64,000 nt of DNA, taken from contig OY771587.1 in the NCBI GenBank assembly GCA_963674825.1, positions 736,001 through 800,000 of the forward strand, read 5' to 3'. How positions within the stretch are numbered: position 1 is the first letter of the stretch; every line of letters starts with the position of its first letter. The stretch is from Candidatus Cloacimonadales bacterium. Its GTDB lineage: Bacteria > Cloacimonadota > Cloacimonadia > Cloacimonadales > JAIOQZ01. Both the position numbers and the translations under genes were made by a program. Positions 31,251-39,989 of the stretch are shown here, in pieces. The notes below the pieces were generated by a model that was not told the DNA's origin, ran no database searches, and saw only the letters and a program-made list of their open reading frames with translations.

Positions 31251-32459
31251 TTAAAAACCAAGCCATGGTCCGATACTGAAGGTCAGACCATTATAGGAAG
31301 TGTTCGGTGAACCTTCCATATCAAAACTTTTATCCATCATCTTCGCTTGCCAGCCCGAATGCCAGGAGTAGCCAAGCATGTAACCCGCTTCAGCGCGAAG
31401 TCTGAGCCAGCTGAGGATCTTTATATAGGTCGCGACACGCGGATGGAAGATCATGTATTCCTTTTTCAGTTCGAGATGGTTGTTTCCGCTCATATCCATG
31501 CCATCGGCGATGTTTTCCCAATTAACATTTCCTGCATCCGCTGCGGTCTGGGTAATCTTGACCATGCTGGTACTCTTACCTACGGTAAAACCTACGGAAG
31601 TAGTAAGCCAACTCGCCAGGCGGAAGCGACGATCGAGGCTGACTCCCCAATAGTTCGTCCAGTAGCGAAGCCTTCGAGTGGTCATTACACCATCTTCGGT
31701 TACATGATTTTTCGAGCGACTGAGCTCCGGATACCAGAAGTAAGAACCGCCAAGGTAGAATTTTCCGCCTACATGGAAATTACCGTGGAATCCCTGCATG
31801 AGCAAGCCGCTGTCGTCCATATCACTGAACCCGAACTGATTCATGATGTGATTGAGGTCATCCATATCGGGCTGATAAAGCTCAGGTGTCCAGCCGAAGC
31901 CACCGTGGCCTGTTGACGCGGAGTCATCATTGTAGTCCTTCAGCGTGAAGTATTCTTCTTCGAATGAATTTCCCTTGCGGCCAAAGGTGAAATCGATGAC
32001 TTTTTCTTCGCCATCGCGGAAGATTGTCAGTTTGACCTCGTCACCAGGCGAGTAATCTTCCAGTGTTTTGAGGAATACCTTGTAATTGGTTATCTCGTTG
32101 TCGTCAATCTTCATCAGAATATCGTCGGCTTTGAGATTGTATTTATCAGCAGGCGTGTTGTAGGAAATGCGGTTGATCACGATACCGTAATCGCCCTTGT
32201 ACCCCAGTTCCCTGGCTCTGGTCAGGCTGAGGTCTGCCGAATAGATGCCCATGTACGCCTTCGAGCTCGAAACCCGTGTCTCTACCCGGACGCGAACATC
32301 GGAATCCCCCGATATATCTTTCATCTCGGCGCGAACGTCATCGATCTCCGCCTGAAGTTCCACCATCGTTTCCTGCAATTCCTGATCAGTTTCTTCCGAC
32401 TGCGCTATCAACCCCCAGATAGTCAGCAGCAAGACAAGCAACAATGTTATGCGTTTCAT
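31251..32459 (-). CDS. Exported PDZ-domain protein with probable C-terminal outer-membrane beta-barrel
   Basis: Signal peptide and coiled segment, then PDZ (AYMGI..TPADKYNLKADDILMKID..PGDEVKLTIFRDG), then amphipathic strands ending in FSIGPWLGF. Confidence 0.75.
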   Translation of the reverse strand: MKRITLLLVLLLTIWGLIAQSEETDQELQETMVELQAEIDDVRAEMKDISGDSDVRVRVETRVSSSKAYMGIYSADLSLTRARELGYKGDYGIVINRISYNTPADKYNLKADDILMKIDDNEITNYKVFLKTLEDYSPGDEVKLTIFRDGEEKVIDFTFGRKGNSFEEEYFTLKDYNDDSASTGHGGFGWTPELYQPDMDDLNHIMNQFGFSDMDDSGLLMQGFHGNFHVGGKFYLGGSYFWYPELSRSKNHVTEDGVMTTRRLRYWTNYWGVSLDRRFRLASWLTTSVGFTVGKSTSMVKITQTAADAGNVNWENIADGMDMSGNNHLELKKEYMIFHPRVATYIKILSWLRLRAEAGYMLGYSWHSGWQAKMMDKSFDMEGSPNTSYNGLTFSIGPWLGF

Positions 32460-32508
32460 GAATACCTCCTTTCCGTCGTAACTTTTTCCGCATTCGACTT
32501 CCTATATA

Positions 32509-32523
32509 ACAATACGCGTGCCA
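32509..32523 (-). promoter_or_regulatory. sigma54 promoter of the PDZ gene
   Basis: Minus strand TGGCACGCGTATTGT: perfect -24 element, with the -12 element as GT instead of GC. Confidence 0.6.
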
Positions 32524-32552
32524 ATCCCGCATGGTCGAAGCATCTGTCTGTT

Positions 32553-32565
32553 TATCAATAACTTA
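32553..32565. promoter_or_regulatory. IHF-type binding site
   Basis: TATCAATAACTTA is an exact match to WATCAANNNNTTR, just upstream of the sigma54 site. Confidence 0.55.
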
Positions 32566-32600
32566 CGGCATACGCATAATTGTAATTTGGCTTGTTTTTC

Positions 32601-32628
32601 TGATATAATCGCGGTACTCGTTATATCA
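32601..32628. promoter_or_regulatory. Candidate enhancer (UAS) palindrome
   Basis: TGATATAA-N12-TTATATCA perfect inverted repeat, about 80-105 bp upstream of the -24 element. Confidence 0.45.
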
Positions 32629-32696
32629 ATATCATATCTCCGCCTTCGCGCCGACCATAGCCGGCGCGATGACGAAATTCTGTGCGAATGTGTGAT

Positions 32697-33188
32697 TCAG
32701 AAAGGCTCGAACCGGTTCCGATTCCAATAATCCTTTTCAGCATCCGCTTCAATGGTGATAAGGTCGTCATAATGTTGCATCTCCCAATCGGCCAGAACTA
32801 CGAACAGCGATTTGAGTTCTGGAGTATCGACTTCTTTCGCGCACTTTTTGTAGTAGTCGAACGCTGTTTTCTCGAGAAGCACTCCTGTGGAAATCGCTGC
32901 GAAAAGCGTTTGATTCTGCGCAACACGTTCGATGATCTCATCGGTCATGATAGGGCTGCTCATCCCACCCTGCAAATCAAGCTTGCATAGCTGTTTATCG
33001 TTTGAGATGTCGTTGTAATACGTAAGAAGATAGTTATAGTGTCTCTCCTCTTCCGTAATACGTTGCTTGAAGAAATCCTGGACTGCGGAATCCTGGGTAT
33101 TCGCCAAAGCAGCTTCATAAAGCATTATACTTTCCAGCTCGCCTTTCATGCCATCCCTGAGCGCTTTCAGGTATTCATCTTTGAGCAT
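32697..33188 (-). CDS. Ferritin-like / rubrerythrin-family diiron protein
   Basis: Paired E..Y and ExxH motifs (GELESIMLY..EEERH; LEKTAFDYY..WEMQH). ATG at 33188 follows AGGAGGAG. Confidence 0.85.
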   Translation of the reverse strand: MLKDEYLKALRDGMKGELESIMLYEAALANTQDSAVQDFFKQRITEEERHYNYLLTYYNDISNDKQLCKLDLQGGMSSPIMTDEIIERVAQNQTLFAAISTGVLLEKTAFDYYKKCAKEVDTPELKSLFVVLADWEMQHYDDLITIEADAEKDYWNRNRFEPF

Positions 33189-33437
33189 GACTCCTCCTTT
33201 CGGTTTATACATATGTCATTTTAGACGATAATAAAAAAAGCGGTCAACGTCAAAAGAAAGATATTGACATAATTTTCTTACAGCCTAACCTTAAGGTGGA
33301 TGGAGAGATAGGGTGTTTCTACGCAAAAAAGAAAAAAGAATAAAAAAAAGCGTGACAAAAAAAGGTTCCATATCTATCTTATCATCAGAAGGGTCTAAAT
33401 AGCCTGAAATGTCCCAGGTTGTAATAAGGAGAGAGCC

Positions 33438-34046
33438 ATGAAACGAACGCTCCTGATGGTAGCTGCAATGGTTATGTTCACTCTTTCGGTGTTTGCCGTT
33501 ACCGTGAACTATAACGGCGTGCAATACGTTGCCGCAGTTACCGAACTGTACGATGTTAACGATAATGGTCTTTCCGATTTTTACGGCCGGACTCCCGATG
33601 GAGATATCCTCCTGTTCGAACAGCGCAGTACCCAGTCGACTGACTACGAATGGATTACTGAAGCGCATCTGGCGAACAATACGGAGCAGACCTCGGGATG
33701 CGAAAGCGGTTTTGTCGATCTGAAGCCGCCGCCACCTCCACCTCCACCACCACCGGACGTTGATGTTCTCCGTGCCGAAGGAACGACCGCATATCCGAAC
33801 CCGTTCAATCCTGGTACATACATCCGGTTCAATCTGAATCAGCCAGCCATGGTTAAGGTTACGATCTACAACCAACGCGGTCAGCTTGTTTCGGAACTGG
33901 TGGAAGATGCACTTGACGACGGATCGCATGAGTTCTACTGGAATGGCATGGATAACTCCGGCAAAGGCGTTGCCAGTGGAATTTACTTCTTCAGAGTCGC
34001 TTCCGGCAAAGAATCGATCACACGTAAGATCATGCTCCTCAAGTAA
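33438..34046 (+). CDS. Small secreted protein with poly-proline linker and FlgD-Ig/T9SS-type C-terminal domain
   Basis: Signal peptide, P10 run, then YPNPFNP..IYNQRGQLV..WNGMDNSGKGVASGIYF. Confidence 0.85.
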   Translation: MKRTLLMVAAMVMFTLSVFAVTVNYNGVQYVAAVTELYDVNDNGLSDFYGRTPDGDILLFEQRSTQSTDYEWITEAHLANNTEQTSGCESGFVDLKPPPPPPPPPPDVDVLRAEGTTAYPNPFNPGTYIRFNLNQPAMVKVTIYNQRGQLVSELVEDALDDGSHEFYWNGMDNSGKGVASGIYFFRVASGKESITRKIMLLK

Positions 34047-34062
34047 CAACCAATCAAGCTTT

Positions 34063-34095
34063 AGCCGCCTCTCCATACGGGGAGGCGGTTTTTTT
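34063..34095 (+). terminator. Intrinsic terminator
   Basis: AGCCGCCTCTCC-ATAC-GGGGAGGCGGTT followed by a T run. Confidence 0.85.
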
Positions 34096-34208
34096 ATCCT
34101 GATTCCTTCCATTCCGTACCGCATTGAGCAACGTTCGCTTTCGTTCATACCCTGTCCATCCGTGCACGGAAAACACGGCAAATACACGGTTTTAGGCACA
34201 TTTTCGAG

Positions 34209-34224
34209 TGGTATCTGTCTTGCA
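34209..34224 (+). promoter_or_regulatory. sigma54 promoter of the ankyrin-MBL gene
   Basis: TGGTATCTGTCTTGCA matches GG-N10-GC, 27 nt before the ATG. Confidence 0.6.
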
Positions 34225-34250
34225 TATATACTCCGCAACAAGGAGGAGAG

Positions 34251-36962
34251 ATGCAAAAGAGGTACTTGCTTATCGTACTGTTTGCCACCCTGACTCTGGG
34301 ACTGTTCGCGCTGTCCCTGCAGCAGGCTGTGGAAGAGGGGAACCAGAACTATATCGAAGCTTGCCTGAAGAGCCATCCGGACTCGCTGAATTTCAGTAAT
34401 GAAATCGGCGAAAACCTGCTGTTCAACGCAACAAGAGCCGGTCAAATCGAAACGTTCGACGCACTCATCGCGAAGGGACTCGATCTGCATTCGGTCAATC
34501 AGCTTGGACGATCGCTCATTGAAGCGGCTGCGGAGGGCGGTAGTATCCCGATGGTTGAGCACCTTCAGAAACAGGGTTTATCAATCGAACACCGGGATTT
34601 CCATCGTGGAACCGTCCTGCAAAGTGCTGTAAGTGGCGGAAATGTCGAGATGATACGCTACCTGATCGATCACGGAGCTGACATCCATCAAACCAACGAC
34701 CGCGGCTCTACACTTATCCATCTTGCCGCAGCATTCGAACAACCTGAAGCGCTGCGATACGTCCTTACTCTCGGGCTTAACATCGACGCCACGGATACCG
34801 CAAATGGATTTACGGCCATACACTGGGCCGCTTACAATAACTCCGTTGAGATGGCTCAAATTCTCCTCGAAAACGGTGCGAAGTACGATGTTCCCGATAC
34901 GCGCAATAACTGGATTCCATTGCAATGGGCTCTGGCGCGTAGAAGCCTCGATACAGCACGATTCTTCTTCGATAAAGGCGTCGATATCGAGCGCACGGAC
35001 GCCCTTGGAAACACGCTTCTGCACAATGTAGTTCAATCCGGCGACCTGGATATGATACGGCTCGTTGTGAACCAAGGCGCAGACCTGTCCACAGTCAACA
35101 ACCGCGGCGAAGGAATTCTCTTCTTCGCTGCGCAGAACGGCAATCTCGATATTGTGCAATTCTTCCTCGACAAAGGACTCGACATCAACATCCGCAGCAA
35201 CGCCAATTCGAGCATCATCTTCCCGGCAGCTTTCAGCGGAAACATGGAGACGATTCGCTTTCTGGTCGATGAAGGTTTGAGTCCAACCGAAAAAGACAAC
35301 GACAACAGCACACCGTTGCTGTGGGCTTGCCAGGGCGGACAGATCGAAGCTGCCGGTTTTTTCCTCGAAGCAGGCTGCAATATCAACGAAATGGATGAAT
35401 CGATTGAGCAGACTCCGCTGATGCTCTCCATTCGCAGCGGGAATCTTGACTTAGCGAAGATGCTCGTCGAGCACGGCGCTGACATCAACTTCCAGACTCC
35501 TGAAGAACGGAACACTGCCCTGCACTATTGCGTACAGTCAAACAGGCCTGAAATCATGGACTACCTGCTGCAACAGGGAGCAAATCCAGATATGATGAAT
35601 AGTGGTGGCCATAATGTCCTCGCTATGGCCTGTGCCTGGGGCAGAGCAAACATGGTAGCGATTCTGCTCGAACATGGCGCAGACGCCGGAAAGCCTGAAT
35701 GCCCAGAGGGTGGATTCTGCGTCGAAAATCCTGCTATCCCGCTCTTCTCTGCCGCGTGGGGCAACGCAGAAGTAGTCCGGCTGCTTCTTGCACATGGCGC
35801 GGACGTCAATCAACGAAACGAAGAGGGAAAAACAGCGCTGCATGCGTCGATGCGTGCCCGTGACAAAAACATCATCGACGCTTTAATTGATGGCGGAGCT
35901 GATATTAACGCCAGAGACAACATAGGCAACACACCGCTGATGTATGCCATGAACACAGCCGGAAATGTTAATTTCGATGCTCTCATGGAGCATCACCCCG
36001 ATGTAAATACCAGCAACACCGAAGGTCAGACTCCTGCGCATCAGGCTGCAATCTATGGCAACACGCATTGTCTGCAAGCGATAGTCGATCAAAAAGCCCG
36101 AATCAGCAAGAAAGACAGCGCAGGTCACACGCCAATGTACTACGCTCAGTACTACGGACATAAAAATCTTACCGACATGCTCCTGAATAACGGAGCAAAA
36201 AGCGTAAAATACAAGGATGACCGTACGATCGGCAATCAGGGCGAAGCAAAAATCTGGTACCTCGGCCACAGCGGATGGGCGGTCAAGACACAAAACAGTC
36301 TCCTAATCTTCGATTATTGGCGAGCGCAGGACGAGTTTGAAACACCCAGCCTCAGCAATGGTATGATCGACCCGGAAGAACTTCAGGCCGAAAATGTCTA
36401 TGTATTCTGCTCGCATAGCCACGCGGATCATTGGGATCCCATCATCTTCGAATGGAATCTTCCCACCGCCACCTATATCCTCGGACACAACCCGGCCGGT
36501 CAAGATGGCTTTCACTTCATGGAACCGCGTCAGACGCAGACTTTGGGTAATGTAGAAGTCACCACCATAGCCGCAACCGATTCCGGCGTAGGCTTCATGG
36601 TGCAGGTGGATGGCCTGACCATTTACCACGCCGGCGATCACGGCAACATGGATCCCGAACTCGATGGCCCATACGAGCAGGAGATTGATTATCTCTATGA
36701 TCGCGGATTCCGACCCGATATCGCCTTCCTGCCAATCAGCGGATGCAATTTCGGCAATGTCCGGCTTGTGAAAGAAGGTGTTTACTACTTCCTCGATAAG
36801 ATGAAACCAAGCGTATTGTTACCGATGCACGCCTATAACAACGAATACCGCTACCGGGAATTCGCCGATGAAGCTACAGAAAAAGGGTACACAACCGAAA
36901 TCCTTTGCGCAGAGCATCGCGGCGATCGATTTTCATTCCACAAGGACAACAGGTCACGTTAA
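34251..36962 (+). CDS. Exported ankyrin-repeat protein fused to a C-terminal MBL-fold metallohydrolase
   Basis: Signal peptide, more than 15 ankyrin repeats (G-TPLH/TALH..LL..GAD-N), then YLGHSGW, HSHADH, IYHAGDH and LLPMH. Confidence 0.88.
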   Translation: MQKRYLLIVLFATLTLGLFALSLQQAVEEGNQNYIEACLKSHPDSLNFSNEIGENLLFNATRAGQIETFDALIAKGLDLHSVNQLGRSLIEAAAEGGSIPMVEHLQKQGLSIEHRDFHRGTVLQSAVSGGNVEMIRYLIDHGADIHQTNDRGSTLIHLAAAFEQPEALRYVLTLGLNIDATDTANGFTAIHWAAYNNSVEMAQILLENGAKYDVPDTRNNWIPLQWALARRSLDTARFFFDKGVDIERTDALGNTLLHNVVQSGDLDMIRLVVNQGADLSTVNNRGEGILFFAAQNGNLDIVQFFLDKGLDINIRSNANSSIIFPAAFSGNMETIRFLVDEGLSPTEKDNDNSTPLLWACQGGQIEAAGFFLEAGCNINEMDESIEQTPLMLSIRSGNLDLAKMLVEHGADINFQTPEERNTALHYCVQSNRPEIMDYLLQQGANPDMMNSGGHNVLAMACAWGRANMVAILLEHGADAGKPECPEGGFCVENPAIPLFSAAWGNAEVVRLLLAHGADVNQRNEEGKTALHASMRARDKNIIDALIDGGADINARDNIGNTPLMYAMNTAGNVNFDALMEHHPDVNTSNTEGQTPAHQAAIYGNTHCLQAIVDQKARISKKDSAGHTPMYYAQYYGHKNLTDMLLNNGAKSVKYKDDRTIGNQGEAKIWYLGHSGWAVKTQNSLLIFDYWRAQDEFETPSLSNGMIDPEELQAENVYVFCSHSHADHWDPIIFEWNLPTATYILGHNPAGQDGFHFMEPRQTQTLGNVEVTTIAATDSGVGFMVQVDGLTIYHAGDHGNMDPELDGPYEQEIDYLYDRGFRPDIAFLPISGCNFGNVRLVKEGVYYFLDKMKPSVLLPMHAYNNEYRYREFADEATEKGYTTEILCAEHRGDRFSFHKDNRSR

Positions 36963-37197
36963 ACGAAGCACCCGGAGATTGGTGCCTGCGAATTTGCAGC
37001 AATGCATACCAGAAATCGCGGCACTCGATCTCCGGGTACGCTCCTCTTTCTATCCGCTATAGAACACCACTTTTTTCCCTTGACGAATTGAGCCCTACAT
37101 GGAATAAATTTAAGTTGAAAGATTGTGAACCTCGAAGAGCTATTAAAGCTAAGCAACACAACAGATTGCACTCTTCGAGACAAGGAGATATTCTGGC

Positions 37198-38103
37198 ATG
37201 AATCAACTGAAACGACTGGAAGAAATCACTGCGGTTGTTCGCGAACAGGGCAGAAAGAGACTTGCTGTAGCCTACGCGCAGGATCCAAACACCATCGAAT
37301 CGATCGGCATGGCGCTCAAAGAGGGCATCATCGACGCCTTCATGATTGGCGACAAAGACAAAATCATCGCAACCGCGCAAGAGAAGAACATCGACCCGGA
37401 TCAGTTCAACATCGTGCACGTGCCTGACGAAACCCAATCGGCTAAGGAAGCCGTGCGGATGGTTCGCGACGGCGAAGCCGACGTACTGATGAAAGGACTC
37501 GTCTCAACCGATAAATATCTCAAAGCGATCCTCGACAAGGAGAAGGGCCTGCTTCCACCGGGCAACGTCATGAGTCACGTCTGCATCGTGGATATCCCGG
37601 CCTATCGCAAGCTGATTTTTCTCGCCGACACAGCGGTGATCCCGTTCCCGACCCTGGATCAGAAGATCGCCATGCTGCAATATACCATCGCTACGGCGCA
37701 TAAATTTGGCGTCAAGCAACCCAAAGCCGCGCTCCTTACAGCCACGGAAAAGGTCAACCCCAAGTTTCAGGCGACCATCGACGCAAGTATTATCTGCAAG
37801 ATGGCCGACCGTGGACAGATCAAGGGTGCGATTGTGGATGGTCCACTCGACCTCTTCCTCGCATGCGACCCGAGCGCTGTAGAGATCAAAGGCGTCGATA
37901 CACCCATCGCGGGTGACGCCGATATCCTGATTTTCCCGACCATCGAGGCCTCGAACCTGTTCTACAAGGGTGTGATGCTCTTCGCAGGCGGTGAGCTTGC
38001 CGGCCTCATGCAGGGCACCACACATCCCGTGATCGTCACTTCCAGAAGCGAAAGCACCCTGTCGAAGTACTACTCGATCGCAGCAGGTTGCCTGACAGTG
38101 TGA
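37198..38103 (+). CDS. ptb: Phosphate butyryltransferase (Pta/Ptb family)
   Basis: ADVLMKGLVST, SHV, EKVNPK, VDGPL, AGDADILIFP and IVTSRS motifs. Confidence 0.85.
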   Translation: MNQLKRLEEITAVVREQGRKRLAVAYAQDPNTIESIGMALKEGIIDAFMIGDKDKIIATAQEKNIDPDQFNIVHVPDETQSAKEAVRMVRDGEADVLMKGLVSTDKYLKAILDKEKGLLPPGNVMSHVCIVDIPAYRKLIFLADTAVIPFPTLDQKIAMLQYTIATAHKFGVKQPKAALLTATEKVNPKFQATIDASIICKMADRGQIKGAIVDGPLDLFLACDPSAVEIKGVDTPIAGDADILIFPTIEASNLFYKGVMLFAGGELAGLMQGTTHPVIVTSRSESTLSKYYSIAAGCLTV

Positions 38104-38116
38104 CAAGGAGAAGCAA

Positions 38117-38566
38117 ATGAAAAAGATAGCCATCGGTTCCGATCACGCCGGTTTTCAGCTCAAGGAAGCTGTGAGAATCGCGCTTTCGGAAGAATATGAG
38201 ATGATCGATTATGGCACAGACAGCGAGAAATCGATCGACTACCCCGACTACGGTTTCGCGGTTGCGAACGCCGTCTCAGAGGGTGAATGCGAAGTCGGTA
38301 TCCTGGTCTGCGGATCGGGCATCGGCATGAGCATCGTCGCGAACAAGGTCAAAGGCATCCGGGCTGCGCTCTGCCATAACAAGGAATTCGCCCAGCTCTC
38401 CCGTATGCACAACAACGCCAACATCCTGGTGATGCCCGGTCGGTTTATCGCCGATTCGTACGGTGTCCAGATTGCTAAAACATGGTTGAACACTGAGTTC
38501 GAAGGCGATCGTCACCAGAAACGGCTTGATAAAATTTCCAACTACGAAAGCAAGAACACAAAATAA
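38117..38566 (+). CDS. rpiB: Ribose 5-phosphate isomerase B
   Basis: GSDHAG, DYPDY, CGSGIGMSIVANKVKGIRAA, HNNAN and FEGDRH motifs. Confidence 0.97.
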   Translation: MKKIAIGSDHAGFQLKEAVRIALSEEYEMIDYGTDSEKSIDYPDYGFAVANAVSEGECEVGILVCGSGIGMSIVANKVKGIRAALCHNKEFAQLSRMHNNANILVMPGRFIADSYGVQIAKTWLNTEFEGDRHQKRLDKISNYESKNTK

Positions 38567-38586
38567 AAACAAAGAGGTAAGCTATT

Positions 38587-39897
38587 ATGATGCACATCAA
38601 AAAACAGGATCCCGAAGTATTTGAAGCGATGTTTTCCGAGCTGAAACGCCAATCGGAAAATCTTGAGCTGATCGCATCCGAGAACTTCGTTTCTCCTGCG
38701 GTCCTCGAAGCTGCTGGATCGGTTCTGACCAATAAATACGCTGAAGGCTATCCCTACCGCTGGAGCAAGAAAACCGACCAGATCAACTACAAGCTCTATG
38801 GCCGTTACTACGGTGGTTGCGAGTATGTGGACGTGGTGGAACAGCTGGCGATCGAACGCGCGAAGGAACTCTTCGGCGCAGAGCACGCAAACGTACAGCC
38901 TCATTCCGGTTCTCAGGCCAATATGGCTGCTTATTTCTCGGTGATCAAACCGGGCGATACCATCCTCAGCCTCGAGCTTTCCCACGGCGGTCACCTGACC
39001 CACGGCCATCCGCTCAGCTTCTCCGGCGCTCTCTTTAATATCGTGCCTTACGGCGTCGATAAAGAGACTGAAGTCTTCGATTACGACGAGATTCGCAAGC
39101 TCGCACTCGAAGTGAAACCGCAGCTGATCCTGACTGGTGCCAGCGCTTACCCGCGCACCATCGATTTCAAGAAGTTCCGTGAGATCGCTGACGAAGTAGG
39201 CGCGAAATTCATGGTGGATATGGCGCACATCGCAGGGTTGGTCGCTGCAGGATTGCATCCAAGCCCAGTACCCTATGCCGACATCGTGACCACCACCACC
39301 CACAAGACCCTGCGCGGACCGCGTGCCGGACTCATCCTCTGTAAAGACGAGCTCGCCAAGGAAGTGGACAAGTGGGTATTCCCGGGATGCCAGGGCGGAC
39401 CGCTCATGCACATTATCGCAGCGAAAGCCGTCGCCTTCAAGGAAGCACTCTCGGATGATTTCAAGGCTTACCAGAAACAGATTATCGACAACGCGCAAGC
39501 ACTTTCGAAAGCCCTCATCGAACGCGGTTTCCGTCTTGTCGCTGGTGGCACGGACACACACCTGATGCTCATCGACCTCGGCACAGAAGAATCCGGCGGA
39601 CCTTCCGGCAAGAAGATGGAAGGCTCACTCGACAAGGGTGGAATCACCGCGAACAAGAACACCGTACCGTTCGATACCCGCGCACCGTTCGTCGCTTCCG
39701 GTATCCGTCTTGGGACCCCCGCGGTCACGACCAAGGGCCTCAAGGAAGCCGACATGGCGATCGTTGCAGAGTTCATCAAGAATATCTATGATAACCACGA
39801 TAACGATGAAAAACTGGAAGAGATCAAGAAGGAAGTTAGAGCTTTTAGCACGAAGTTCCCTCTGTATGCTGATCTGATCGCTGAATATCAGAACTGA
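38587..39897 (+). CDS. glyA: Serine hydroxymethyltransferase
   Basis: [37 protein letters not shown] and SGIRLGTP motifs. Confidence 0.98.
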   Translation: MMHIKKQDPEVFEAMFSELKRQSENLELIASENFVSPAVLEAAGSVLTNKYAEGYPYRWSKKTDQINYKLYGRYYGGCEYVDVVEQLAIERAKELFGAEHANVQPHSGSQANMAAYFSVIKPGDTILSLELSHGGHLTHGHPLSFSGALFNIVPYGVDKETEVFDYDEIRKLALEVKPQLILTGASAYPRTIDFKKFREIADEVGAKFMVDMAHIAGLVAAGLHPSPVPYADIVTTTTHKTLRGPRAGLILCKDELAKEVDKWVFPGCQGGPLMHIIAAKAVAFKEALSDDFKAYQKQIIDNAQALSKALIERGFRLVAGGTDTHLMLIDLGTEESGGPSGKKMEGSLDKGGITANKNTVPFDTRAPFVASGIRLGTPAVTTKGLKEADMAIVAEFIKNIYDNHDNDEKLEEIKKEVRAFSTKFPLYADLIAEYQN

Positions 39898-39989
39898 AAT
39901 AGCACTCGAACCCTTTGATCTGCGTTTATACGAGGTTAACAGGGGAACGGTAATTGAGATTATAACCAAGATCATAAAGGAGCTTTTAT

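Noticed and set aside
33291..34562. 423-aa minus-strand ORF
   Set aside because: It runs antisense across two well-supported genes and a terminator; the WRWRW stretch is only the reverse of the poly-Pro codons.
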